The position numbers and the translations under genes are program-made. Positions 52,561-64,000 of a DNA stretch of 64,000 nucleotides are shown in pieces. The notes under the pieces were generated by a model, which was given only the letters and a program-made list of their open reading frames with translations, searched no databases and was not told the origin of the DNA. The DNA is from Octopus vulgaris. Lineage: Eukaryota. Location of the stretch: positions 32,736,001 to 32,800,000 of the forward strand of contig OX597817.1 of assembly GCA_951406725.2 (NCBI GenBank). The letters are read 5' to 3'. The stretch's first letter is position 1, and every line of letters starts with the position of its first letter.

Positions 52561-53865
52561 TATATAGTTTTTCTGTTAAATTATAATAGAAACAATTTGA
52601 CATTAAACTGAAGAATTACTGAATATTTTTTGTAGGGCACATATTTATTATGCTTTTACAAGAAGAGGGGTTTACTAATTTCATAATTTCGGCCTGCTTT
52701 CTTTTGTCAGACTGTCTGATGAAAGCTAGTGGGCCAAAACTTCAAAGTTACTATCACCACTCTTTGTAAAAGTATAATGTGTGTGTGAGAGAGAGAAAGC
52801 AGGAGGGGGAGAGAGAGAGAGAGAAGGAGAGTGTAAACAGAAATGAAGTTAAGTAAAGAATAGTTTCTAAACATTTCAATTTTGTTAGAGACATTACCAT
52901 ATTCTCTTATTCCTTCGAAATTTTTTTTGGAATAAGTAAGTAGATATTAGAAAGAGAAAACTTAAGTGAGAAAGTTTCAATGAAGTTTCAATCAACTGCT
53001 TCATTTCCATTTCTAAAATCTAACTCAAGAATCATGACTCTTCGTTATAGATACCAATGTGAGGCTGTAAAAGTTGAATGAGAAAAGCAAACACACAATA
53101 AAAGCCCAGTAACAGAAGACAAGAGACCTCTGAGAAAAATGATATGTCAGTAGGCAATTGGAATTGGATCAGCCGCTTTTGCTCCAAGCTGTGCTGAAAT
53201 TCCAGTTAATAATAGAATACTACAGATGCTGGAGACCTTAATAATTAGTACTTCCCTCAATGTTAGGGTTCTGCAGAGTAAAAGGCATAGAGTAATTTGA
53301 TATCTTGAAAAGGTTACTTTTTTTCTCAGTAAATACTAGCAAATCATGTGCAACTTTCCCCTGTGGTATGATCTAAGGTTGTAATGTGAATTAAAGTACT
53401 GGAAAAGAAATAAGTAAACTTAGTCAGGCAGTTTCTGTAAAATGCATAAGGTTGAAAGGCTTAAGTTGCAGAATTCCTAAAGTACTTTTATTTGTTTTTA
53501 TTTTCCCATTTGTTTATTAGCATTAAAGATGCTCTTTTAATTAGTTTTTCGACTAATTGTTCCTTTGCTTATTTTATGTTCATTTTCCCATTCTAGTTGG
53601 GTGGGACAAATATATTTAGAAGCATTGCTTTACAACTTGATGCCCTTGCTGTTGTTAACGCTTAACTGGTTTTCCAGTAATGAATTTTTTTTTATTCTAC
53701 TTATCTTTGAAAGTACTGAGCTTTGAAGTAAATTGTTGACAGGGCATGTCAATAAATAACCGATTTTGCCCACCGTTTTCATGCAAATACACAGAATATA
53801 AGCATCTCCACCACTCTTGGCTTCCATATAGTCTCAGGTTCAATCCCACTGAATAAGGGTTGTAT

Positions 53866-54063
53866 ATTTATTTCTTTATTGCCCACAAGGGGCTAAACAT
53901 AGAGGGAACAAACAAGGACAGACAAAGAGATTAAGTCAATTACATCAACCCCAGTGCATAACTGGTACTTTATTTATCGACCCTGAAAGGATGAAAGGCA
54001 AAGTCGACCTCGGCGTAATTTGAACTCAGAACATAAAGGTAGATGAAATACCGCTAAGCATTT
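53866..54063 (-). mobile_element. SINE family B
   Basis: Copy sharing flank and private variants with the one at 51334. Confidence 0.85.
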
Positions 54064-54156
54064 GAGGGAATGTCTTCTACCAATAGCCTAAATATTGACC
54101 AATACCTTGTTAGTGGGATTTTATAAAATCCTTGTGTGTGTGTGATACTTTGATTA

Positions 54157-55447
54157 TTGGGTCATCCCATAAATAATGCGGTTTTTTAAATACTTCTTTT
54201 ATTTTTCAAAATTAAGATAAAGTTCTTTTTTAATCTAAAATATACTCCCCTTCATTTTCTACAATGCTCTTCCATCTATCTAGTAGACTTGCAAATTCCC
54301 TCTTCCAAAATTCACTTGTCTGTGACAAAAAAATAATTCACCAATACTGTTCTGACCTTGTCTACAGAATTTATATTTTGTCTGTCCAAGTGATTTTGAA
54401 GACTGCGGAATAAATGATAATCAGATGGGGCAATGTCTGGCGAATATGGTGGGTGGGGCATTGTTTCCCATCCAAACTGCTCCTTGCAGTTCCAACTACT
54501 CCTCAAAATGTCATCCTTGTTGTATGTGGCCGAGCATTATCCTGATAGAAGAACACCTTTTGTCTTGAAACCAAAGATGGTCGTTTTTCTTCTAGCACTG
54601 ACTTAAGCTGCTTACAGTAGATCTCCTTCATTATCATTTGGTTTGGGTTTAAAAGTTCAAAGTGGATTAAACCTTTCATATCCCACCAAACAGATAACAA
54701 CACCTTACGTGGCTGAAGACCTTCTTTAGCCTGGGGTGCTGGTGTTTCTCCTCTCCCTACCCACTGTCTTTGGTGTTTGACATTTTTATAGAGAGCCCAT
54801 TTCTTGTCGCAAGTCACTATTTGATCCCAAAAAGGTCCATTTGTGAGACATGACAGCAAAGAAGAGCACGCATTCATTCTTTGCACATGATTAGACTCGG
54901 AAGGTTTGTGAAGAACCCATTGACCCAGTTTGCTGACTCTCCTGATGGCATGCAGGTGTCGATGAATGGTTGAATGACCAAATCCAAGCTTCTCTGCTAG
55001 TTTCTCAACAGTTACGATGGGATTTTGTTCCACCAGGGTTTGCAGGACGTCCTTATCAAGCTCTACAGATCTTCCAGGACAAGGCTCGTCTTCTAGGCTG
55101 TAGTTTCCGGCTCGAAATTTCTGGAACCACCGATGACAATGGCTTACACTTATTGTCCGATCTCCATATACTGCATTAATATTCCTCGCACTTTCCGTTG
55201 CATTGTTGCTTTTATTGAACTCATAAAGCAAAATATGCCGAATATGCTCCTTTGTCACTTCCATTATAGCTTTGAAAAAATCACTGTTAAAATTGAACTG
55301 CACTCTTCAAAACTTGCACTAAGAATAAGTACAAGGTAAAATTACTACCTGCTTTTATAGCAAATTGATGCAGGTAGTTTATCGCACTCCCCTCCAACTT
55401 TTAATTCATGCAGTTGAAAAAACTGCATTATTTATGAGATGACTCAA
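54157..55447 (-). mobile_element. Full-length mariner (Tc1/mariner) DNA transposon, ~1.29 kb
   Basis: Terminal inverted repeats ttgggtcatcccataaataatgcggtttttt / aaaaaactgcattatttatgagatgactcaa (3 mismatches), TA on both sides, and an internal transposase. Confidence 0.95.
54230..55264 (-). pseudogene. Frameshifted mariner transposase
   Basis: MEVTKEHIRHILLYEF HTH region, decayed WVPHEL (WVLHKP), IVTCDKKW, YQDNARPH; after a frameshift HPPYSPDIAPSDYHLFRSL; a second shift precedes the C-terminal ..RWKSIVENEGEYILD*. Confidence 0.92.
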
Positions 55448-55659
55448 TATATTAGCAAAAGATGTGAACATCAACAATAAATTATTGCTTTTAAGCATAA
55501 ATTTCCTGTGTGGTATTTGTTCCACCAACTTGCATAGGTGCCTCCTTTTTTTACTTTTGCCATCATAAATTCAGTGAATTCATGTATGGTCTATTGGAAA
55601 CCTGTAACCAACAGTGCTTATTTTGTTCTCAAAATGAGACATGAATTCTCTTACAGCAC

Positions 55660-55694
<35 letters not shown>

Positions 55695-57581
55695 CCTTCC
55701 CCCTCTCTGTCATTTCAATCCTGCCCTAGAGAAATTTGATAATTGAAGTTAAAAGTCTATGCTCCGCCCCCCCCACCGTTGGATGTCTGGTTTATTGATT
55801 AAATGCATTTGGCCTAATCAGTGAGCCCCAGTTTCATGTCTGCAGTATATGTTTTGTGGGGGATTCTATGATGATATCTGTTGCTGGCATTTTCATCATA
55901 CATTCAATAATAACTTGATATAAGAGCAATCTCCAGCTTCACATTAAGATCAAAAACCTTTTCATTATAAGAATTTAGAAAATTCAAGAGATTATCTTTA
56001 ACAGTGGAGCCTGAAGTAGATAAACTTATAAGTAATAACATGTAGAATATTGGGCTAAAAAGGCTCTCAGAAAATTCATTCAAAGGATGTTTTTTTTTTT
56101 TACCCAATATCCTACAAGCTATTATTTACAGCTTTATCTTGTTCAGGTTACATCATTAAAAATAATTTATGTAAACATGTGTTAATTAGAAAATGGTGTT
56201 GAGTGAAACTTTTCTAAATAGTATTATAAGCTTTCTCTGTATATTAACTGTAGAAAATAAGTCTAATATTAGTGCTTATAGACTGAAAAAAATGGGCAAA
56301 ATAAGAGGTGTGGATTCAGTTCCTATGCATACTAATGTCCATTATCTTTTTTTCTGTTGTGAGGGTTTAAATACCTTAATATTAGACTATTTTTCAGTGA
56401 AGGCACATGGCTCAGTGGTTAGAGCACCAGGCTCACAATCACGAGATAGTGAGTTTGATTCCCAGACCATGCTGTGTGTTGTGTTCTTCAGCAAGACACT
56501 TTATTTCATGTAGAAATGAGTTGTGATGTCACTGGTGCCAAACTGCATTGGCTTTTGCCTTTCCCTTGGATAACATCGGTGGCGTGGAGAAGAGAGGCTG
56601 GGGTGCATGGGTGACTGCTGGTCTTCCTTAAAACAACTGTGCCTCGGAGGGTAACTTTCTAGGTGTAACCCCATGGTCATTCATGACCAAAGGGGGGGTC
56701 TTAACTTTTTAGACTATTTTCTATAGTCAATATGTAGTGGAAACTTATAATTCTATTTGCTATTTACTTTGTATCTCTAGAAATTTGTAAATTCTTATGT
56801 AAATCATCTTACAATTCTCACTGGTAACAATAAAGCTTCTAAAATAGATGGAGAAAATTTAAAGTGTTACTTTGGTAGAATGGTCAGCACATGTTATGTT
56901 TACTGAAGATGTGGGTTCACTTCTCACAAGTAGCTTTGACTTTTTCCATGCTAGGGATATCTTTAACCCAATATTATACATGCTATAATATACATATATT
57001 ATATGTTATATATAGCTCTATCTACTTTGAGTTTAACCATTAAAAATAATTTACTTCACAAATGTTTTGGTTATGATGATGTTTGTCTTTTTATAATGAT
57101 TCAAATTTGGATAGGGCTATGACTAAACTGGACAGAAATGATTGTAGTTGTCGTTTGTTGTTTAGTCTTAAAGGACTGACCCCTGATTGAGCAAATCTAG
57201 GACTACATCATTCAGTTTGACTTTTCCTTTTTAAGACTGTAGAATGTTATTTAAGGAAATTTTATGTGCTATTTCTAGTAGATGGAGTGACTTCTTAGAG
57301 GCTCCTGTGTTAGCTCAAGTTCCCTGGATGTAAGGAAGGTTCCGAAGTGATGGTTGTATTAAGTAGTTGGCAGTGAATATATTATGTTCTTCCTTAAGGT
57401 TACTTACTATATAATGCCAACCAATGGACAAGTAGTTTAACCCTTTGTCCAAAGCATTTTCATAAATGTCCATGCTTGTTATTCAGACTTTTAGTTAGCT
57501 ATTGTTTCATACATTCTGAGTAATATAAAGCTTTCCTTTCATAAATCCCAAGTTTCTGTGGTGGTTGATAATAATTGGGAA

Positions 57582-58092
57582 TCATCATCATCATCATTAT
57601 CGTTTAATGTCCACTTTCCATGCTAGCATGGGTTGGACGATTTGACTGAGGTCTGGTGAACTAGATGGCTGCGCCAGGCACCAATCTGATCTGGCAAAGT
57701 TTCTACAGCTGGATGCCCCTCCTAACGCCAACCACTCCGAGAGTGTAGTGAGTGCTTTTACGTGCCACCGGCATGAGGGCCAGTCAAGTGGTACTGGCAA
57801 TGGCCATGCTCAAATGGTATTTTTTATGTGCCACCGGCACAGGAGCCAGTCCAAAGGCACTGGCAACGATCTCGCTCAAATGTTTTTTCATGTGCCACCA
57901 GCACAAGTGCCAATAAGGCAATGCAGGTAATGATCATGCTCGAATGGTGCTTTTTACGTGCCATCGGCATGGAGGCCAGTTTGTTGCTCTGGTAATGATC
58001 ACGCTTGTATGGTACTCTTAGCGCTCCACTAGCACGGATGCCAGTCATCGAATTTGATTTCAATTTCGATTTCACTTGCCTCAACAGGTCTT
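57582..58092 (-). mobile_element. Family C element
   Basis: Reverse complement of the 14790-15258 type. Shorter copies lie near 9096, 22871, 28414, 30200, 34465, 34960, 43480 and 63608. Confidence 0.85.
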
Positions 58093-59078
58093 ATGCCAGG
58101 GAAATAGGTTTTTGTGTATCACATGTAATACACAGGGCAAACAAAGGGTTAATTCTGAATGTTCAACAGTCACCTCTCCCATTGGAAAATGCTTCAAGTT
58201 TCTGTGTGTTGGATAGGAGCCAAGCCTGATCTGTTGGATGTCCAATACCAAAAAGGCAGACTGGTAACAAGTTGAGAAGTCATTCAGGCATCAAAGCCAA
58301 AAACTATTTACACAAGTATGTAAACGTAAATGTAAATGGATGATACATGCTGAGTATCAAGTGTCAGTAGTTGACAGGAAAGAATACCTGCGGTAGAGGT
58401 AAACCAGCAGGTATAGCGGAGGAAGCAGGAAGGCTAGGTCTATGAGTATTAGATATTTAGATGGAATGACAGAGGATTAAGCCAGTTTGGGAAATTAGTA
58501 TCAAAATGGTGGTAGTGTTGTTGTTGATGATGATGATGATGGTGATGGTGGTGGTGGTGGTAGTAGTAGTAGTAGTAGTCATAGTAGTAGTAATGATGAT
58601 GATGATAATGGTGGTGGTGGGGATGAGTGTAGAGGAGTAAATATAACTTTAAGGTATCCACTTTGGTATTAGGTGTTCAAAAGGATGTTTGCAACAGAAT
58701 GTAACAATTAAATTATTCAGTGGAGGGTTTGATAATTAATGTAGGAGACATAATGCACACTATTTTATGTGTTAAACGAGCAGTTTGGAAGAAATTTCTG
58801 TACCTCTTAAGTCACTGAACTAAAACTCCTGGTATTTTCTCAATACAGTTATTTAACTATTCAAATCTATAATTTTATTTCCACATAAAATCATAGATTA
58901 AATCTGCAGCAATCCTTAACAAAAAAAAAAAATACAAATCACGCAAAAATAGTTTCGTTGTTATCAGATTCAATAGATGAAGATGGTTAGCAGGATTCAT
59001 TATTTAAACAGCAGCGTGGAAATGACGTTGAAATTTGTATTTTATTACATTCAATATTTTATATATATATATCATATA

Positions 59079-59244
59079 TATAGGTGCAGGAGTGGCTGTG
59101 TGGTAAGTAGCTTGCTTACCAACCACATGGTTCCGGGTTCAGCCCCACTGCGTGGCACCTTGGGCAAGTGTCTTCTGCTATAGCCTCGGGCCGACCAAAG
59201 CCTTGTGAGTGGATTTGGTAGACGGAAACTGAAAGAAGCCCGTC

Positions 59245-59289
<45 letters not shown>

Positions 59290-59508
59290 TGTGTGTGTTT
59301 GTGTGTATGTGTTTGTCCCCCTAGCATTGCTTGACAACCGATGCTGGTGTGTTTATGTCCCCGTTACTTAGCGGTTCGGCAAAAGAGACAGATAGAATAA
59401 GTACTGGGCTTACAAAAAGAATAAGTCCCGGGGCCTAGTTGCTCGATTAAAGGTGGTGCTCCAGCATGGCCGCAGTCAAATGACTGAAACAAGTAAAAGA
59501 GTAAGAGT
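59079..59508 (+). mobile_element. SINE family A, flanked by a ~127-bp direct repeat
   Basis: Full-length copy; flanks 58946-59072 and 59509-59635 are duplicated. Confidence 0.9.
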
Positions 59509-60944
59509 AAAATAGTGTCATTGTTATCAGATTCAATAGATGAAGATGGTTAGTAGGATTCATTATTTAAACAGCAGCGTGGATGTGACATTGAAATTTG
59601 TATTTTATTACATTCAATATTTTATATATATATATTAGTTTTAATGATCTATCCACATCTTTCCTGTTTCATGCTTGTTTTGATATAATTTCCTCGTCAA
59701 GTGTCATTAATTCTCTCCTATTTTTCTAACGACACCGTAGCACGATGGGCAGAAATAACGTACAGGCATGCATATGCATATGTGTTGAGTTGACAAAATA
59801 AAAAAAAAAAAAAAAAAAAATTTTAATGGTGGGAGGGGGGAGTAAATAATAAAAAAAAAATATAGAAAGAAAGCTAATACAATGCAAAGGATGATGTACG
59901 TGTCATTTGATTAACTTCATGAATTTTTCATCAAAGAAAAGACACTTCTGAAAGCTTGTTAATTTAATTTCATTCTCTGTATTTGTGAAGCCAAACATGT
60001 TAGATTATATATGGTACTGTTATTTTATATCACCAGGATATCTCATTCTTTACACTTTATATTCATTTTATTGTTGTTGATGTTGCAGCAATGCCGACAT
60101 AGAAATGGCAACAAGAAGAATCTATGCCCCACTTCCTTCGGTGTGACTCCCCCCCTACTCTCTCTCTCTTTCTCTCAAATACATACGCAAACATTTTATT
60201 GCTAAGTATTTTCAAAGCATAAACACCTCTTACCTGTTATTGATACTTTGCATCTGTTGATGTTAGTGCACGCGTATGTGTGAATACATACTACATGTCG
60301 ATGTGTCAATATCCAAAACTGTATTTGATGCTTTATAAAGCTTAAATATTCAATGCGGTTTTAGCACCTTTTTTTCACCCCCCCCCTTTTTTTTTTCTTT
60401 TTCTCCCCCGCTTTTCAATAAAGAATACATAAAGCAAGATTTACTTATTTATTTATTTATTTATTTTATTTTTGTTTGTTTGTTTGTTTAGTTTAGTTAT
60501 CTTGTCTTTTATCTATCATTAAATCTTCTCTGCAACACTACTTCCTACCATGTTGAACCTCAGGTATGCATAATGTAGGGGGTGGGCAGGGCTGGTCTGG
60601 GCTGGGCTGGGGGGAACAACAATAAAATCCTCTCAAAAAACAATATACAAGGATGGTGGTGGTGGTGGTGATGGTGAGAATAAGATACTTCAACTACATA
60701 CATAAACACTACATATAGCATCATAAATACAGACATATTTAATGCCATGCCATTTCTGCCCCCCTCCCCCTTCACCCCCCCCCTTTCACCCCCTCTACCC
60801 CCCCCAGCTCCCGCGTCCTTCTCTCCATCGCTTTCCCTTAGTCATCTCTCCTCGCATCTAATTTAGTCATTGCCGCAGTATTTATTTGTTGTTACATTCC
60901 CACAAGTTATTGTTGCTTCCCCTACTTTTGACTCACATGTGTAG

Positions 60945-60977
<33 letters not shown>

Positions 60978-61254
60978 CACGCACACGCACACATGCGCGC
61001 ATGCATGCACACAAAAAGGCGCATACTCCCTCACTCCCTGTTCTCACTTAACTGCAACGCCAAAGATGTGGAAAGGGGAATGTGCAGATACATATATTAC
61101 CTTTTTTGCTTCTTCTTCTTTTTCTCATTGTCTGTCAATCCCTATTTTAGCTAAATTCCTTTCAGGTTAAGTTGACTTAAAACAAAGTTTTTTCATCTAT
61201 ATATCAGCCATAGTTTCTACAGTATGCCTGGTTCATTATATCTACCTTTATTAT

Positions 61255-61992
61255 ATGATAAAATAACTGGGTAAATTTGGCTGAAAACCCCAGTTAAATT
61301 ATTACCCCGGAGGATAAAAGATTTCTCAGAATGTAAACATGATGCTATTACGTTAGTTCTTTAGTAACAGGATTTGGAAGGGATACAAGAATACTTGATC
61401 GCTATATGTGACTGGTGAAAGTTCTTTTTCACATATACTCGGAATTTGTGGGCTTATGCTAATAATATAAGGAATTTGAGTGGCAGGAACGGTACAGTAC
61501 ATGATAAAATAACTGGGTAAATTTGGCTGAAAACCCCAGTTAAATTATTACCCCGGAGGATAAAAGATTTCTCAGAATGTAAACATGATGCTATTACGTT
61601 AGTTCTTTAGTAACAGGATTTGGAAGGGATACAAGAATACTTGATCGCTATATGTGACTGGTGAAAGTTCTTTTTCACATATACTCGGAATTTGTGGGCT
61701 TATGCTAATAATATAAGGAATTTGAGTGGCAGGAACGGTACAGTACATGATAAAATAACTGGGTAAATTTGGCTGAAAACCCCAGTTAAATTATTACCCC
61801 GGAGGATAAAAGATTTCTCAGAATGTAAACATGATGCTATTACGTTAGTTCTTTAGTAACAGGATTTGGAAGGGATACAAGAATACTTGATTGCTATATG
61901 TGACTGGTGAAAGTTCTTTTTCACATATACTCGGAATTTGTGGGCTTATGCTAATAATATAAGGAATTTGAGTGGCAGGAACGGTACAGTAC
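61255..61992. repeat. Tandem repeat, 246 bp x 3, near-identical
   Basis: Units start at 61255, 61501 and 61747; the only difference seen is C>T at 61892. Confidence 0.97.
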
Positions 61993-62866
61993 AAAAGGAA
62001 AATCATTGGTAGTAGTATTTAGTTTTAGGCTCGCAGATATTCTCATCTTGACTCCTGTTGAGTTTGACTTTGCCTTTCGTTCTTCCGAGATTGATAAAAT
62101 AATGTACTTGTTAAGTAAGGACGAAGCAAGTACTGACATTGATTGAATTTGCAACACTCCTCTACAAAAACTTTGTGGAGCTCTTGCCAAAATTGCAAAT
62201 CCACACTGCCAAACCCCCACCCCCAACACCACCACCACCAACAACAACAACAACAACAGCAGCAGCAGCAACAACAACCTTTGTAGTAGTTGTCTTCATT
62301 GTCTATGTATATTTTCTCTGAGATTTGCTTGCTGCTTCTTTTTTTTTTTTTCCCCGTCTTAAAAAAAATTAGTCATATAATGTTTTAAAAAAAGCCATAA
62401 TCACACACTTTTTGGCTCTGGATTCCTGTTGGGCATTCTCTTGTGTCTAAACCATGATCATGTAGTTTCATGGAGCAACTAAGTGTTTTACAACTGGAAT
62501 CCGTTCCAAGAATGACTCAGCTACAAAGTATAAATGCATGAAGCATACAAAACATTTACAAGTTACACTGATAGAAAAGCAGCAATAGACTTTATCTATC
62601 ACCTAGTTTAATGCTACCATCTGATCCGCTGCTGTTTTTAGCATGTATTTGAATGAAGTCTCTACTCTGAGGGGTCAGTTCCCCCTCTTCTTTTCTTCTG
62701 TAGAGGTCATTATGAAAAAAAAATTGTGTCAAGCATGGCAGTGAAGCTTGATTTGCAACTATGTGGTTTTGGGTTCAGTTCCAGTGTGTGGCACCTTAGG
62801 CAAGTGTTTTCAACAATAGTCCTGGGATGAGTGGGGTTTGAAAGAATTTGGTTGATAGAAACTGTG

Positions 62867-63101
62867 AAGGGTGGCGAGCTAGCAGAAACGTTAGCACGCC
62901 GGGCGAAATGCTTAGCAGTATCTCGTCTGCTGTTATGATCTCAGTTCAAATTCCACTGAGGTCGACTTTGCCTTTCATCCTTTTGGGGTTGATAAATTAA
63001 GTACCAGTTATGCACTGGGGTCAATGTAATAGACTTAATCCCTTTGTCTGTCCTTGTTTGTCCCCTCTATGTTTAGCCCCTTGTGGGCAATAAAGAAATA
63101 A
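62867..63101 (+). mobile_element. SINE family B nested in a decayed family A copy (62735-63320)
   Basis: agaaactgtga occurs on both sides (TSD-like). Confidence 0.8.
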
Positions 63102-64000
63102 GAAACTGTGAGGAAGCCTGTTATATGTATGTATGTGTGTGTTCCCCACAACTACTGCTAATAACCACTGTGAATTTATTTACATCCCCATAAGCAGTCT
63201 GTCAAAAGAGATTAATAGAAAAAGCACCAGACATAAAAATAAGTACTGGGGTAGATTTGGCCACTAAATTCTTCAAGGTCTGAGTAATGCCATAGTTGAA
63301 TGCTGAAATAAGTAAAAGGTAGAGATGGGTTGAATCTCATTTTAAGAGAGAAGGGTTTTGTTGCCCCTTGCATTGATTTAGTAAAAGAAAAAATTGAGCA
63401 AACTGTTGGAGATCTGTGTCAACAAACACTATACAGTGAAGTTTGTGAGTTTGGATAAGTTTGTATTGCCATGATGAAGAGAAGTGGATATTGAAGTTTT
63501 GAGACTTATTCTAATAAAGGATTAGCATTCTCCACAGTGAAGGATTAGCATTCTACAAACTTATCCAAACTCACTAACTTCAATTCACTTAGCTGATACA
63601 TTAAAATATCATCATCATCATCATCATCATTATACATCTGTTTTCCATGCTGACATGGGTTGGACATTTTGACTGAAGCTGGTAAGACGAGAGGTGTGGG
63701 TGGGGTAGGGGTTTGCCACACCAGACTCCATAGTCTGTTTTGGCATGGTTTCTACAGCCGGATGCCCTTCTTAATACCAACCACTTTACCAAGTGTACTG
63801 GGTGCTTTTTATGTGTTGCTAGCACCAGTGCTTTTTGATGTGGCACCAACACAAGTCCTCTATGCATGAGCTCTTTATGCATTCTAAAATTCAACATCTT
63901 AACATTTCTGTAAGCTCTAAATTCTCAACGTTGGCAAAGCCACATCAAAAAAGATTTTATGGCTTTGAGGACTGTGCTAATTCAGTTTAAGTCTGTTCAT

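Noticed and set aside
61255-61992. CRISPR array, coding repeat or duplicated exon (cag|DLEGIQEYLIAICDW, superficially like DLDIIYSYL)
   Set aside because: No unique spacers and a eukaryotic context; the peptide stops after 15 codons, the donor is poor and the similarity is too short.

Overview
AT-rich, repeat-dense animal genomic DNA. The SINE, LINE and microsatellite landscape strongly suggests an octopus (coleoid cephalopod); this is inferred from repeat types, not from a search. I find one host coding exon (16206-16333, +), which the ORF track misses. It encodes DLDIIYSYLHGMEALSLSRESALKALCRTVRYEYHDANEILY, recognisable as the N-terminal cNMP-binding-like region of RAPGEF2/6 (PDZ-GEF), so the rest of the window is probably two very large introns. 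These hold at least four SINE-type families, CR1-, RTE- and R4/Dong-like LINE fragments, a full-length frameshifted mariner, two non-autonomous Helitrons, piggyBac and hAT MITEs, and a 246-bp x3 tandem repeat. The most interesting signals are: (1) minimal type-I hammerhead ribozyme motifs, two with canonical cores plus variants with compensatory G3:C8 and U3:A8 cores, one sense-oriented about 120 nt after the exon; (2) a pri-miRNA-shaped hairpin in a CpG-rich island; (3) several long local inverted duplications that could form ADAR substrates; (4) recurrent 100-130 bp direct repeats around insertions. All coordinates and folds were worked out by eye.
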